Source of the DNA: Lama glama
Lineage: Eukaryota
DNA length: 64,000 nucleotides
NCBI GenBank assembly: GCA_028534125.1
Contig: CM052849.1
Span: forward strand, 8,618,001 to 8,682,000
Reading direction: 5' to 3'
The position numbers and the translations under genes were made by a program. Under the pieces are notes generated by a model. That model ran no database searches, was not told where the DNA came from, and saw only the letters and a program-made list of their open reading frames with translations. Each line of letters opens with the position of its first letter. The stretch's first letter is position 1. Shown piece after piece: positions 36,051-48,960 of this stretch.

Positions 36051-39000
36051 TTTGTTTTTTGTTAACAAAGGCTACCCAAAAGGCCAGAGTGGTTGTACCC
36101 ACACAGGTTCAGGGACCCTAGGAAAGGTGAAAATATTTCTGGGGGCTGCGTATTCCATTGTTCAGCGCAAAGAAGAATTTCTCGGGAGTCACAGAATTTG
36201 AAAATTGCATTCTATCTGAAATTTCACCTTGGAAAGAACTGAATGCTCCTTTTTTTTTCCTACTAAGGCTCTTGCACAAACCAGTGAGCCTGCATGTCTA
36301 TCAGGGGGGTTTAGGCAAACCAAGGACACTTACTTCGTGGGCCTTCGCCATCAGGCCCATTTGACCCAAGTGACCTGGCTGTGACAAGCGTCCCTTAAAC
36401 CAGCATGAGATGGAAAATCTTCTGCTCAGCATGAAGCTGGTAGCAGCAAGGGGCTTGTCTGACACAGCCAGGAGGCTCTCACGCCGAGTCTAAACGATCT
36501 AGGTAGATTCCAAGGTCAAGGTGAGAAAGAATTCATCAAGGAACGATGGTGCCCACAGTGATGGCAAAGGAGATGCAGACCAAAGCCCTGCATTCCTTCC
36601 GAGACAGATTTCCATACTCATGTCCCCGATGCCAGAGTCACTTCTCACCTGAGAACCAGTCGGGATTTTTCAGAGAGAAGAAAATGGCTCAGGACTTCGG
36701 GGGGTTAGGCTGCACCATCTTTTCCTCCTCCTCCACCTTGGGGTCGGAGGCTCACTTCCCCCACGTTGGCTCCTCCAGAGGGTGCCAGCTCTGTCCTTTC
36801 AAGCAGTGAATAATAGCCTCCTTGTGATCTGGTGCCAAGAACTTTTGTCCCTGCATTCAAGGTATGGCTTTCTTTGAAAGATGGTCGAGAGTTAAAGTGA
36901 GGGGAGAGAGGATAAGGAAGATTAAGGTAGTGACATCGTGATGTAAATGTTTTAGCAGTCTTCACATGATTTAGCTTCAGCTTGAGTCTCCCCAGTCATG
37001 AGTCCCACTAACACAGGAGAAGGCTTTCCCTGGCCTGAAAATAGTAATCCTTGGCTCTTCTCATGAGGTCTCTCCAGGCTTCCCCATGGAGCCAGGTGAG
37101 CTGGAGGAAGATGCCATTGGAGGATAAAATAGCAGCAGCAGAAACAAGTAGCCCTTCCGAGACCAAGTCCAGAGCATAAAATAGAGCATCGCAGCCTGAT
37201 GTGTGGGTCTCTCTTGATAAGGATCATGACTGGATCCTCTGTGCCCAGAGATTGACCTCCAAGAGCAGATAACCCACACGTGCCACAGTCTTTAGTGCCT
37301 TTCACCTGGAGCTGCAACTCCAAGCACAGAAGTGACAAGGCTCCCTGTTAACTTAGGTCTGGCTCTCCCGACCCAGCAGAGGCAGTCAGGATGCTGTTGA
37401 GTCAGGAAATGTCATAGGTGGGGAGTGGGGAATGTATCTTGGCTTTCCCTTCCACCAAGGCGAACGCCAACCTTCTACCTAGAATTCCCATAATTCCGTG
37501 GACTTCCTGTTCAACTTTGCTGTTGACAATGAGATTTGGGTTATTTGGGATGCTCAAAATAAGGTGACTTCTCTAAGGCTGAGCATGGAAGACAAAAGGA
37601 GGGTGTAGTACCAACCCCAATGAGGGCAGGTCCACACCAGTCGAGCAAGGGTCCGAGTTCTGGAGCCATGCTCAACTCTCTTCCAAGTTCCGCTAAAGTA
37701 CAGGTGCCCTGTTTTGAGGAAGAGAGGGTCTAAGCATCAGAAAAAGCAGTATACCCTGAGAGAATCAGACCTAACTATCTAGACACTTGCCTGTTATCTC
37801 TTAATACCAGTGAGAGTCAGAGAGACGGTCTGTTTTTAACCCTGGAGTTGATAGCTTAATCAGACCGATGCGGTTTTAAGACCAGGAGGTGGGGAATGAT
37901 GCAGGAATACAGATGGCTTAATGACATCCGGCTGGAGCCTGAGTCTGTCAGGACACCAGCTTTATGTTGGGTGGCTAAGTAGAAAGGTCACACCCCAGCC
38001 GTCCTTATCCCAAAGGAGAATCACACCCTTTAATGTGGAAATTCCATAGTCCTTACTGACAAAGAGTTGGTGTCCCTGTACATTTTTTTCCTCCGTATTT
38101 GAGTCTGACTCTCCCTGCACAAGTAGGTGACCCCAGAGTTGCACTGTGGTTGCAGCCCGGGAGAGAAGGCAACGTCGGGCCCAGACCTGGCTGCAAAGAT
38201 GGTGATTGCCGCACACTTTAGCAGCCACGTAAGAACCAGTCCCTCAGTATCCGCACTGTTGAAATGGACACTCATTACCATTCTTGCAGTGGTAAACCAC
38301 CTCACCTAACCACTTGGGCAACACCTGGCTGCAAGATGGAAGACTAAACCCTAGTTAGAACTGGTCCAACTTTGGGAAATCCATGCTGGTCACATCCCGA
38401 GCTCATCCCAGGGACCAGTAAGGAGACTAATTGGTCATTTTAGTAGACGCCTTCATCTTGCAATAATCTCCACCAACCTATTTAATAGAAGCGGTCTTTT
38501 GGCCGGGAACTGAATTCACCGTGGCCGAGACTCCACGGCCAAAGTGACAGCCTGACTCCTTACGGGCCAAGAGTAGCTAACTTTCCTTGGGAAGTGACAA
38601 AAGTCAAGAGGAGAAGGGGATGGCAGAGAAATGCACTCAGCTGGGCATGTTAGTGAGTATTTATGATCTCACCACATGGGTGTTGCTACCACCACCAGTC
38701 CTGGATAATATGTGGCTTGTTGAAATGGGACAGACGCACCCACTTCCCATGTCTTTACAATTTTCCCCCCTAAACAGAATCAGAGCGCTTAAGAGACTAG
38801 TTACGTAGCTGCGGCCAAAAAAATACAAAGTGAGCATGGGTATTGGGTCTGAAAGCGAACAGGTGTGCAAAGCCAAGACCTCGGGGTCCTAGATGAGAGG
38901 TGGTTAGGCAGGCTTCACTGGCTGATCGACACGGGAAAGGAAGTCCCCAGCTGATGAAAAGGCGGGACACTTCCCTTATCTCACAGCTGGCTCCTTAAAA

Positions 39001-39500
39001 TCCAAAGACAGACCCCAATATTTCTTCCTTTGTTCCTGCCGAAGTCTCTGCTGATTGGTTTTTGTTTCAGGGCTGAGTTCTGAAGAAGGAAGGAGCCTGT
39101 AGCAGAAAATTTCCACCACCCCCGGAATGAAGACCCTCGGCCATCCCGGGCAGAGCTGTCACTACCGGCCACGTTGGCTGATGGCTCCCCGCCTTTCTTC
39201 CTTCTCTCTCTGCTGGAGCACTTTCCATCCATCTCCCCTTCTGAGTAGGAAAGCGGGGCTGCTCGCTTGGCCCCTCTGCGTCTGCTGTGTGAATTCCCTC
39301 ACAGCCGGCGGCCAGGACGCACACTTTTGGAGGGCTTCCTAATTTAGGGTCCCTCCATCCACTAAAGACATATTCAGCGAGCTTGAAATATCTCGTGTTT
39401 GCAGGATTCCTATTTGGCAAGCGGGAGCTAACTTGAACAGAAGGGTTTACAGCACTAAGACACTTAGTCTAGAGATTCAAAAGGGGAGGAAAAATCAGAT

Positions 39501-39840
39501 CTGTTAGACTCCACGATAGAATTCAAAAGGAGCCATTTTATTTTGATTCAATGTTAAATGAGTTACGTGAAAAATCAGGTGAACCATTTGAGGGGCCCAA
39601 AGATTCATCCCGCAGTTTAGTCAAAGGGGAGGAGCTTCCCTTACAATTGCTAGACGTTCATCTCAACGAAGAAGTCAGTGTCTTCATCACCCTTTGTGAT
39701 GAAGACCCTCAGACGTATGCCTCCAGGAACGCCATAAAAACGCCCACCATCTACGTGGGGTCTTTTTTAACCTGAACATTATCAGGAAGAACCAATGACT
39801 TTTTGAAGAGTCTATGTTGGTAATCTTGCAGATTATCCCC
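39501..39840 (+). mobile_element. Probable ERV LTR fragment, family not identified
   Basis: Begins tgttag.. and carries the gccatttt typical of LTR 5' ends; abuts the MER21. Confidence 0.35.
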
Positions 39841-40935
39841 TGTGATGCTGTAATACAAATACGCATTTGGTCTTGGTCCACCGTCCAGGCACATAGCTCC
39901 TAAAACCCTTCTAGAGGAAGTTATGAGAGCTGTTGGAACACCTTTTATTATAATGTTTAATTTTGTTTCTAGTTCCTGAAGTAGATCTAGAGCTAAAGAG
40001 GTAAACCAGGTGTCTTCTGTTATTCATAATAAGCCCCTTTCAACCACACTGTTATGCTAACGGCGTGACTTCTGGATAGCCTTTAAGAGGGGGGCTGGTT
40101 GCCAGGGGAACCAACTTTAGGATTAGAGAGTTCGAAGTCTTGGAACGCTATCCTTTGTGCTTTTACAGAAGTTTTATTATGTAGGCGTGACTGACCTGAT
40201 CACTCATAACCGGCGACATAACCGAGCTCCAGCCCCTTTCTCCTCCCCGGAGGTGGAGGTGATGAGCAGGGCTGGCTGGAATTTCCGCGTTGGTAAAACA
40301 CATGGATGTGCTGGGAGGGTGGTACTCCTGGGGCGGACGCGGCAGCTCCACGCCCCTCCCTCACATACCTTGCCACCTCTCTCTCTCTTCCATCTGGAGA
40401 TGCGAGTTAAACCCTTTTACAATAAACTAGTTGTCTGGTAGACGTCGAGGTTCCGGGAGCTGCTTGAGCAAGGTAAACAAACTTAAGGAGGGGACCACGG
40501 GAACCACGGATTAAACAGACAGTTCATCAAAAGCGTCGGTAACAACCTGGAATTGTGATTGGTGGGGGAAGCGGGAGGTGGACAGATCTGCTGCTTGCAC
40601 CCAGATGCTGCTGCAGGATGGCTTTGTGTGTGGAAAAATCCACGTATCTGGTATCAGAGGTAAAAAAGAACTGCTGACGCCTGGACAACATGGGGGTCGG
40701 GACGCTGACCCTACGTGCGGTTGAAAAAAAATCCACGTGTGATTTATGATCGGCTCGCCGTGTACGTGGTCCCTCCTTATTTGCGGTTCTGCATCTGCAA
40801 ATGCGACTGATCTTTGACCACCTACCATTAGTATTTACCACTAAAAGAGCGTAAGTGGACCTGCGCAGGTCAAATCCATCCTGTTCAAGGGGTCTATCGT
40901 AGTAGAGTATTGAGTGGAAGGAACAGTCCCTTACA
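39841..40935 (+). mobile_element. MER21-family LTR (interrupted by a Tigger2 MITE)
   Basis: acatagctcctaaaaccctt, gggggctggttgccaggggaacca, gttggtaaaacacatggatgtgctgggagggtgg, tttacaataaactag, gtggaaaaatccacgtatctggtatcagag. Confidence 0.8.
40671..40899 (-). mobile_element. Tigger2-derived MITE (TcMar-Tigger)
   Basis: Degenerate TIRs ctgctgacgcctggacaac and gttcaaggggtctatcg+TA versus CAGTTGACCCTTGAACAAC; subterminal gggggtcgggacgctgaccc and taagtggacctgcgcagg. Confidence 0.75.
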
Positions 40936-41249
40936 TTCTGGATTAGAATGTCAGAAGTTTGACACAGGGCTGGACACAGGTCTTCCAAGTTCCTACCTTG
41001 CCGACACACAGAACGCTTGGAGGGAACCAAGGTTAAAGACCCGACTTGAAAGAAAACGCCATCCCCTGACCACACCACCTCCATGTGGAGGCGACACTGA
41101 GAACATACAGAGAAAGGCAAACCCATGAGTGGTGTGTGGCCTTTAGTGATGAGTTTTTGATGCAGGAGCACTGGGTAACCAGAGCAGAGCTCTACCTCGC
41201 AGACCCTCAAAGCAAGTGACCATAAAGGGGAAAATTGGACCCTTCCTAC

Positions 41250-41596
41250 TGTAAGTAAACCTCAATTAAAGTTGGGAGGCCAGAAAGGGAGGCTCTCATG
41301 CCCCACAGTGATGGCAGAGCCCAACACGAGCACTTGTTTGGCAAGAGCCCAGCCAATGAGGCTGCCATAACTCAGACAAAGAGAAGTCATTTACTTAAAG
41401 CTCTCAGCTCCTCCAGTGGACTGTTTCCAACAGCCTTTCAACTTCCCTTTCTCCTCTATAAAAGAGTTTGCTCCTTCTTGCACGAGACTTGCACATGGCT
41501 GACCGTGGATGCAGACCCTGAGTCGCCCCTCTCTGCTCATTCTGTATAGATCCAGCTTTTCTGGAGAAATACGCAGCAGTGTACTTAAGGTGAGCA
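41250..41596 (+). mobile_element. ERV1 5' LTR
   Basis: TG...CA termini, CCAAT at about 41353, TATAAAA at 41457-41463, immediately followed by a PBS-like sequence. Confidence 0.7.
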
Positions 41597-41599
41597 TTT

Positions 41600-41617
41600 T
41601 CATGGCCCATACAGGGG
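41600..41617 (+). other. Retroviral primer-binding site, tRNA-Ile type (degenerate)
   Basis: tcatggcccatacagggg versus TGGTGGCCCGTACGGGGA (13/18; two mismatches are CpG transitions). Confidence 0.6.
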
Positions 41618-41679
41618 TCCAGAGAAGACCCTTGATGGCTCAGGCTTGGAGAAACATTTCTCTAGGATGGAGATGAGTC

Positions 41680-43120
41680 TCCTCTCATCCTAGTTGGCAC
41701 CAGAGCCCATCTCGGGGGTCAACCCCACAACCACAATGGAGCCCCCGCCTCGGAGTCCTGGGACAGTTCAAAAAGTGGGGATTACTCATCAATCAGGAGG
41801 TTCCTGTCTCTGAACTTTCCCCTTTTGTTGAGGTTCTGAAATACAAACCCTTCTCTTAGTTGCTCTGCTCCTACTCATTAGGTAGAGAATTCTTAGGAAA
41901 GTTTCATGCTGGAATTTCTCTCTCAAAAGGGAACAATTCTAGGATTTGACAGTCAAAGTACCAACCAGGTGAATTGGTGACCCTTGGACATCTTTTATTT
42001 GCTCCCTCTCTGATGGTACTGGAAGTCGATTCTGAAAACACTGATTGTTTGTCCCTGTTGAATCAGCTACCACGCGCCTCGTGGGCAAAACCTCCAACTG
42101 ATACGGGCAAAATTTACATTCAGTGTACCCGCATTAAGATGCAGCTAGATTCCTCCACACTTCTCCCCAGAATGTGCCGATACCCTAATTAAGGCACAGA
42201 AGCCCTTCAAGGTATGAAGCCCATGACAGATTAAGGTTCAAGGCCTCATTATCCCTTGTAGTAGGCCCTATAACACTCCTGGGTCACAAGTGAGAAAACC
42301 TAAGGGCCAAGGGTGGAAAAGCACAGAACCCCCAGGGAGTAAGGCCTTGCCATCCCCTCCACACCCTGCTGTCCCCAAGCCTTGAATGCTACTAGCATCC
42401 ATTCCCCCCGGAAGCAAGTTCTTTGCTGTAATGGATGGATGCACTGCATTCTCTGGGATTCTAGTTGGTGAAGCTAGCCGGTACCTTTTGCCTTTAGCTG
42501 GGAAGAAAAAGGGTTCGCCCGGAAAGCTGATGCTTCTGGGTTTTACTGAGAATCCTTATTTCTCATGAGTCCTGCAGGCTGATCTAGATAATGTGACATT
42601 CCCCAGGGGTTCTGCTTTGTTTCAGTACGTGGATGACTGGCTTCTTTGCTCTCCTTTCTCAAGCCTCCTCACGGGAAGACAGCATCTATCTGTTAGAGCT
42701 CTTTAGCCTTAAAGGGACCCAAGGTTGCCAGCCAAGGACCGCAGCCTGCCCGAACCTAGGCTCGGTATTTAAGGCATCTGATTTACCAGGACAAGAACCA
42801 CACTGAGATCAGGATGGGACACCACGAAGTCTAAATTTCCCCAAACCCCAACTAAGCAGCAGCTGCAAGGTTTTCTCGGGTTAGCTAGTTGTTGCCGAAA
42901 CTGGTTTCCAAATATATCTTTTATGGCCAAACCTCTGTGCATTTTGAAGAGCCACCACCCCTACACAAGTTTATGAAAAAAATCTGATGACACAGGCTTT
43001 CAAGTTTGATGAACCCACCTGCTCTTGGGCATCCCAACTGTCAGATTCTCTTCCTTTCATATGTGAAGAAGGGAAGGCCCCTGGTGTTCATCAAAAAACA
43101 TGGGGACCACCATCAACTCA
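41680..43120 (+). pseudogene. pol: Decayed class I ERV pro-pol (protease and reverse transcriptase)
   Basis: ILVGTRA (degenerate LVDTGA, about 41690), LGREFLGKF (about 41880), LLASIPPGSKFFAVMDGCTAF (42389), QYVDD (YVDD at 42626-42637), KQQLQGFLGLASCCRNWFPN (about 42855). Multiple stops and frameshifts. Confidence 0.9.
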
Positions 43121-43330
43121 GGAGAGGAAATGACGTCCCTTATAATGGATAGATGCTCATCTTTACTAAGTGACCAGACTCTGTTTCATCGATAGTAACC
43201 ACCCCCACCCCTCCCCAGCATTTACCTCTAGGTGTGATGCTGTAAAGAAATAGCCATTACTTACATGGGATTCTTGCCAAGAAGTATTTAACCTGAAGCC
43301 AAACAAGAAGGAGCCAATGACCCTGAGACC
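43120..43330 (+). mobile_element. L1MC/L1ME fragment
   Basis: gtgatgctgtaaagaaatagccattactt..attcttgccaagaagtatttaacctgaa. Confidence 0.5.
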
Positions 43331-46300
43331 AGAGTAGTACCTCTTTCTGGACTAGTTCCTCCAAGGAAAGAAACCTTTTGAGGGCTTTTAATTTCACTGC
43401 AGGATAGCCCATCTTATGTCAGGAGGTCAGTCTAGCCCATTCGGAGGCCCAGGCATAGTGAGAAAGTTACAGCTGACTTACTGTTAACCACAAAGGCACT
43501 GAATAAGCGATCACATATTTAGCAAAGGGCGAGGTGGGAATGGGGGGTGGGGTGGAGCGTGCAGGCTGTTCTTCGGAACATCCCTGCTCGTCCCGCCGAG
43601 GCCCCAGCAGCAGCAGGCATTTAGCCATTTCTTTCTTCCATGCGGGGTTTACTCCGTGGTCTCCAGGAATCCATGGTCAGTACATCCGGGAACTAGGCTT
43701 CTAAGGTAACTGCATAAAAGCTTCTCCCTTCAGGCAGCTCTAAGACCATCAGAACACGAAGCTGCTCTCTAATGTCAAGTTTCTCCAGCCTTCAAGCTCC
43801 ATGGCCAACTAGTCTACCCCCTCCCCTAGGATGAGAGCTTAGGGCCCTTCTTATCTGAGAGCCAGTGGACAGATCGATTTAGTGGTGACAGTCCCTTTCG
43901 TTTGGTAACGTCCCCAAAGGACAGTCACGTCAGATGTGCAAGAGGTACATTCAGGGAGACTTGACATGGTGAGCCGTTCAGCAACGCCTCTGGAAAGGCA
44001 CAGAACAGACCCGGAGCTCTCACCGCACTCCTGCCCAGACTCCTCCCTCCAAACGCCCTGCAGGCATGGCCTTCAAGCAGAGGAGCAACATCATTGCTCC
44101 TTTACTAAGAGGGAAAACCATCATACTGAGAACTGGGGGTTTTTCATGGTTGAAGTGGGTTGAACAGTGGCCCCCAAAGATATCCCCTAGGGGGTAACCC
44201 TCAGAACACGCACAGATGATCGGCGTACCAGTCAGCGAGGCCTGCATTGTTAGATCCTGGTTTGTCTTAAGGAACAGGCCAGTCATGGCGCCATCTCCAG
44301 AACACAGCACAAGGGGACGAGGGGGTGTACGGTGTGGCCTGCACCCCGACAGTGGAACAGCATGAATCTATCTGCTTATATTAAGCCAAACTTTGAGTCT
44401 TTGGCCCCCCTCCAAATTTAAGTGGGAGCGAATCTGCAGAGAAAGGCAATAGGATTGACCTCACTTGGAAAATGGTGCTGCCCCCTGTCCACACACCTCC
44501 ATGTGGATCTGATACCTCAAGCACAAGGAGGAAGCAGGCACACAGTGGGCGTGGTCCCTTCTGTGACTGCAAGGTCTTGGATGTGGGGACTTTACAGGGC
44601 AAGGCCTCTGAGATGGGAAAACCAAGTGGCGGGGGAAGCTGGAGTCTAGTTGCACGAGACCAGGGTACCCTCTGCCCCCACCACCTGCACCCCGTGCACA
44701 GAGAGAAGCCCAGCTATGATTTGAGAATAATTCCCTCAAAATCAGTGGGCAGAAGCTTGGGGTAGAACACAGGCTGCTGCAGGGTCGGGGTGGGGGTGGG
44801 GAGGGTCACGTCTCTTGCTCAGAATAACTATGCTGCTTTTCCAATCATTAAAATACACATGTAACTTCCTTACACCACATTCGAGGCAATTTTAGCTCAC
44901 AGCCTAATTTCTGCAGGTTTATGTGGCCAATGATCTTCTCAGGTGGTTTTCTGTCCCCAACCAGGGTATCTTGCTGTGTCCGCCATGAAATCAGGCAGCG
45001 GTCTCCCCATCTTGACCACGAGGTGAAAGAGTGACAGGCATCCTGGCGCAGACCCACAGAGAATCCCTCCAAGGCGGGCCAACTGAGCACCTTCAAGGAC
45101 AGAGCTGAGGCAGGGGAGCTCACGGGAGCCAGAGCGAGGATGGCTTAACAAGCCAGTTCTGAGACCAGTAACAGCACGTACGGCATAGTCCCCCAGAGCA
45201 TCCTGGCAGAGACAGCAGTGAAAAGAACAGCAGAGGTGAGGCTGCCGGGGGGACAGCACTGAGCAAGGTGTCTTACAGCCGAGACGGGCTAGAGAAACAC
45301 GGAAGTCCTCGAAGGCGATCCCACATATGCCGGAGCCCTGGTGCCAAAACGACCGTGGCAGACGGGCGTCCCCATCTCTATTCACAAACCAGGCCATGTT
45401 CGGGGTCTTTTTCTCGGCCACAAGCACTGGCTTGAACAAAGCCATGGGAATCTAGAACAGGACGACACTGAGTGGGTACCCACCCGAGACAGCGACCTCC
45501 AAGCAAATGGGTCCAGGTGTCAGTAAAATCCTATGGAAGGCTGGCCAGCTCATCGGCCAGGCAGCCTCCCTTGGAAGGGAAGGACAGCAAAGACGTGAAG
45601 AGATCAAAGGAAGGGCCCTTCGTTGTCTCAGCCCTGGTTCTCTTTAAAGGGATCTGGAAGATGCTCTGTGGCAGCAGACCACTGTCACTGGAGACAGTCA
45701 CGTGAACACTTGGGCTACAACAGCAAGGGTGGAAGCCACTCAGGCGTGGCGACAACAGCGCTGGGACCAGCTGCTCACGCACCTGTTGTGGCCCAGGCTT
45801 CCCCTGCAGAATGACCCAGGGTGGATGCCCTTTGCAGACCTTATCCTCCGTGTGCACAACCAGGTGATCTTCAGGCGTGCCTCACCCAACAGCCCCATTC
45901 CTGGCCTTCTCCCCTCCCCAGCCTGCTCCTCCTCTGCCCTTAGTGGCTACCTCTACCCCTGCTGCAGAGGAGCTACAAGGGAAGTTCCAGAGGGACTGGT
46001 GAGGCCAACGCGTTTTTGTCCTTCATGCTTGGTTTTCCCCGAGAGTGAAATGCAGAGAAGCAGGGGAGGTCCCCTGCACCAGGAAATGCACTGGGAAGAT
46101 TCCCCATTTATCACGTGCCACTTGCCCTAGAGCCACCATGGGAGCGGCCCCTGAGGACCCCGAGCGCACACACCTGCTCCTCCCTCCTGGCCTCAGCAGC
46201 AGCGAGGTCCTCATTCACTTCTGCTTCCCCATCCGCACCAGGATTGGTCAAGGACACTCCACCGACACTGCGTCCCTGCACAGATGAGGAGCTCAGGGCA

Positions 46301-48529
46301 TCGGCTGTCTTTGCAGGAGATTCTTGGGAGAAGGGAGTAGAGGTTTTGCCAGCGACAGCAGGTGAAAGCCAGCTTATTTGAGACTTTCCCACCCCAAATG
46401 GAGCCACATGCTCCAAACTGCCCCTCCCAGGGGTCAGATCCCTCCTGCAGCCAGCAGCAGCTTTCTCTTTTTTCTTCCTAGTGCGATGTAGGTGCTCTGC
46501 CAGGCGGATGGCCTCGAGGAGAATCCTTAGAGAAACTTTGGGCACCAACTTATCCCTAAACCCAGGGGACATTCCTCTGATGCTTTATATAGTCTGAAGC
46601 CACAAACACTAGTGAAGACCTTTAAGTCCCTGGCATACGGAACTGACTCCGTATTTGTTTGTGACCCATGTATCTGGAAATCAAGCTTCAGGAACATAGA
46701 AATCTAGAGGTAAATATGAATAGGAAGGAACTAAAATTTGTTTTTCAAGAGTGGGAAATTCTAAAGAGGAGGGTCCCCATGAATCAAGTGCACCAGCTGA
46801 GCAGACAGAATCAAGTCAAGACAAGCTCATGATAAACTTTAACTTCTCCGGTATCTAAGAAGTTCAAGCATCAGAAAGCAAGGAGAGAAATTATCTGAGC
46901 TCCCTTTATCCCAAACCCGTACTTTGGGAGAAGAGTAACAAGGGACTGGAAGGCCAGATGCTGCGCCCTCGGGGACATCCTTCCCTGCCATGGGTACCCA
47001 GGGCCACCGAGATGTCCGGTATTAGCCATACCTGGAAAGGCTCCAGGCAAGGGTGCCATGACCCCCATCAGCACCTGTTCCCCTGGGGGCCAACTGCCTG
47101 CGAGCAGCGAGCAGGCTTGGAGTCTTTGAGAAAACCTGTCTTCTCAGATCAGCTTCAGGGAGAACGCTGCCGTGATCTCTGCACCTCCTCCATGTCTGAT
47201 TGCTCTGGCATTTGAGTTTAATCCCTCCTTTCTAAGCTAATGCAAAACAAACACCATGCTCGCTTTCTTCTTTAGAGATAGAGATCCCATCTGTGCCTCC
47301 CTAGCAGCAGGAAAACAGACTTCTGCTCTCCTGGGTCAGGGAGGAGACACTCAAGAGATGGCCCACTCCCGAGCCCCTACCCTCCCCCTCATTCCTGAAG
47401 CCAGAGGCTGGAGCCACTGTCAGCTCTCATTAGAGGAGCCGAGGGTCCTTGCTCCCATTCTTAAAATGGCAATGATGGGGTAATCACCTCCACAGGGGGT
47501 CAGGCTGGGGATGGGCGCTGTGGCCCAAGTATTCAGGCTCATTAAGACCCAATCCAGGAGATGCTACTTGTCCCTCTGCACTGAGCAATTATGACCAGCT
47601 TTGTTCACATCTCTCATCATAGCCCAGAAACTAATTGATCCCGAGTCTGGAGGCTCTATCCTGGGGGATGCAGAGGCATTATAGGAATAATAAAGGTACG
47701 TGGCATGGGGCACTAAGTTTTGAGTTCCCCCAAAGTGGTTTCTCTTAAGATACATCATTTTGGACATCATTTTGGGCATGAACCCATTTGGCAGGGGGGC
47801 GGGGACAGCCTTGTCAATCCAGTTGCAACAGGCTTGGAAAAGTCTGAGCATCTAATTAGTTTGGTCATTTTGATAAGATGTCCATTCAGGACCAAGTATG
47901 GTAAGGTTAGCTGAAAGTAAACTGGAGTTTAAAGGGTATGGTCCCAGGAGCACAGTGGCCAGGGAAGGGGCCCAGAGAAGGTCAGGAAACCAATAAACTT
48001 TTCCAAGAGCAGATGATGCCAGAGAGGAGATTCATAATGAACCAACTGCACCAGCCCCACAAGCTGGGCAGCTACTGTCAAGCTCTGTCTTTACTTGTGT
48101 TTTTGACTTTAGGTTTTCAGCATCTCAGAAAGCACAGTGCCTCTTATCTTCCACTTGGTCTCCAGGTCAGGTTTGATGTTGATCTGGAGACAGCACAGGT
48201 CCCGTAAAACATTCCTGCAGGAGTCTCATGGCCCCCACAGTGAAGTCTGCAGGACTCTCTACAGATCAGTGTTCCCCTTTCCAGTAAATTCAGGCCCGGG
48301 AGAATTTAAGAAAGGGAGGTTCAGAGAATGGCACAATGCCAGCCAAGATGGCAGCTTTCTCCAGAAACCAAGAGGCAAGCTGAAGGGATTGGGGTATTCC
48401 AAGAGGCCAGCAGAATTGGCATGATGACTCCAGCCTCCGGGCCAGGTCAGGACAGCTCGACAGCAGTCTACAGCTGCAGGGGGGGTTCTGTCTCTGCCCC
48501 CACCAGTTTCTTGACTCAAGGAGCCTCTG

Positions 48530-48960
48530 GCTTTAGCAAAGGATTAGATCCATTCAACTCTAACTTGCTTGTCTAAATAAGACAGTCGTAACCTGCCTTC
48601 ACGGATCAAGCTTGCTTTAGCTGTTCTTACTGCGCAGCCTCCAAGCTTCCTACTGCTTGTTCCACGACCCTTTAACTGCCCCCTGTAGTTAACACCTCAC
48701 ATGGACCACTATAGCAACGGTTGCTTACATCGTTTTTCAGGAAATTGGGGCTCGTTCTTGCCCAGCTCAAGGTGGTCAAGAACACCAGCCATTCAACTAG
48801 GCCTGCGTGAGTGTCCAGTGGAGGACCTTTCGACATCAGAGGGCCAAAGTCTACATCCAGATCATGTTAACGCTACCATTTCTGAGCGCACATCCCATAG
48901 AGAAGCACGGGACTCACACCTGAGCAGAGAAGCTGTCCCGAGGACACACACAGCTGTGTG
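48530..48960 (+). mobile_element. ERV1 (MER4-group) LTR fragment, subfamily uncertain
   Basis: aactaggcctgcg, gacctttcgacatcagagggccaaa, cagatcatgttaacgctaccatttctg. Confidence 0.55.

Noticed and set aside
40527-41210. Longest ORF (227 aa, minus strand)
   Set aside because: It starts at TTG and runs through MER21 and Tigger2 repeat sequence; no recognisable domain.
43233-43245. tgtgatgctgtaa, identical to the MER21 start at 39841, as a possible second LTR
   Set aside because: Similarity stops after 13 bp and the context fits an L1M fragment.
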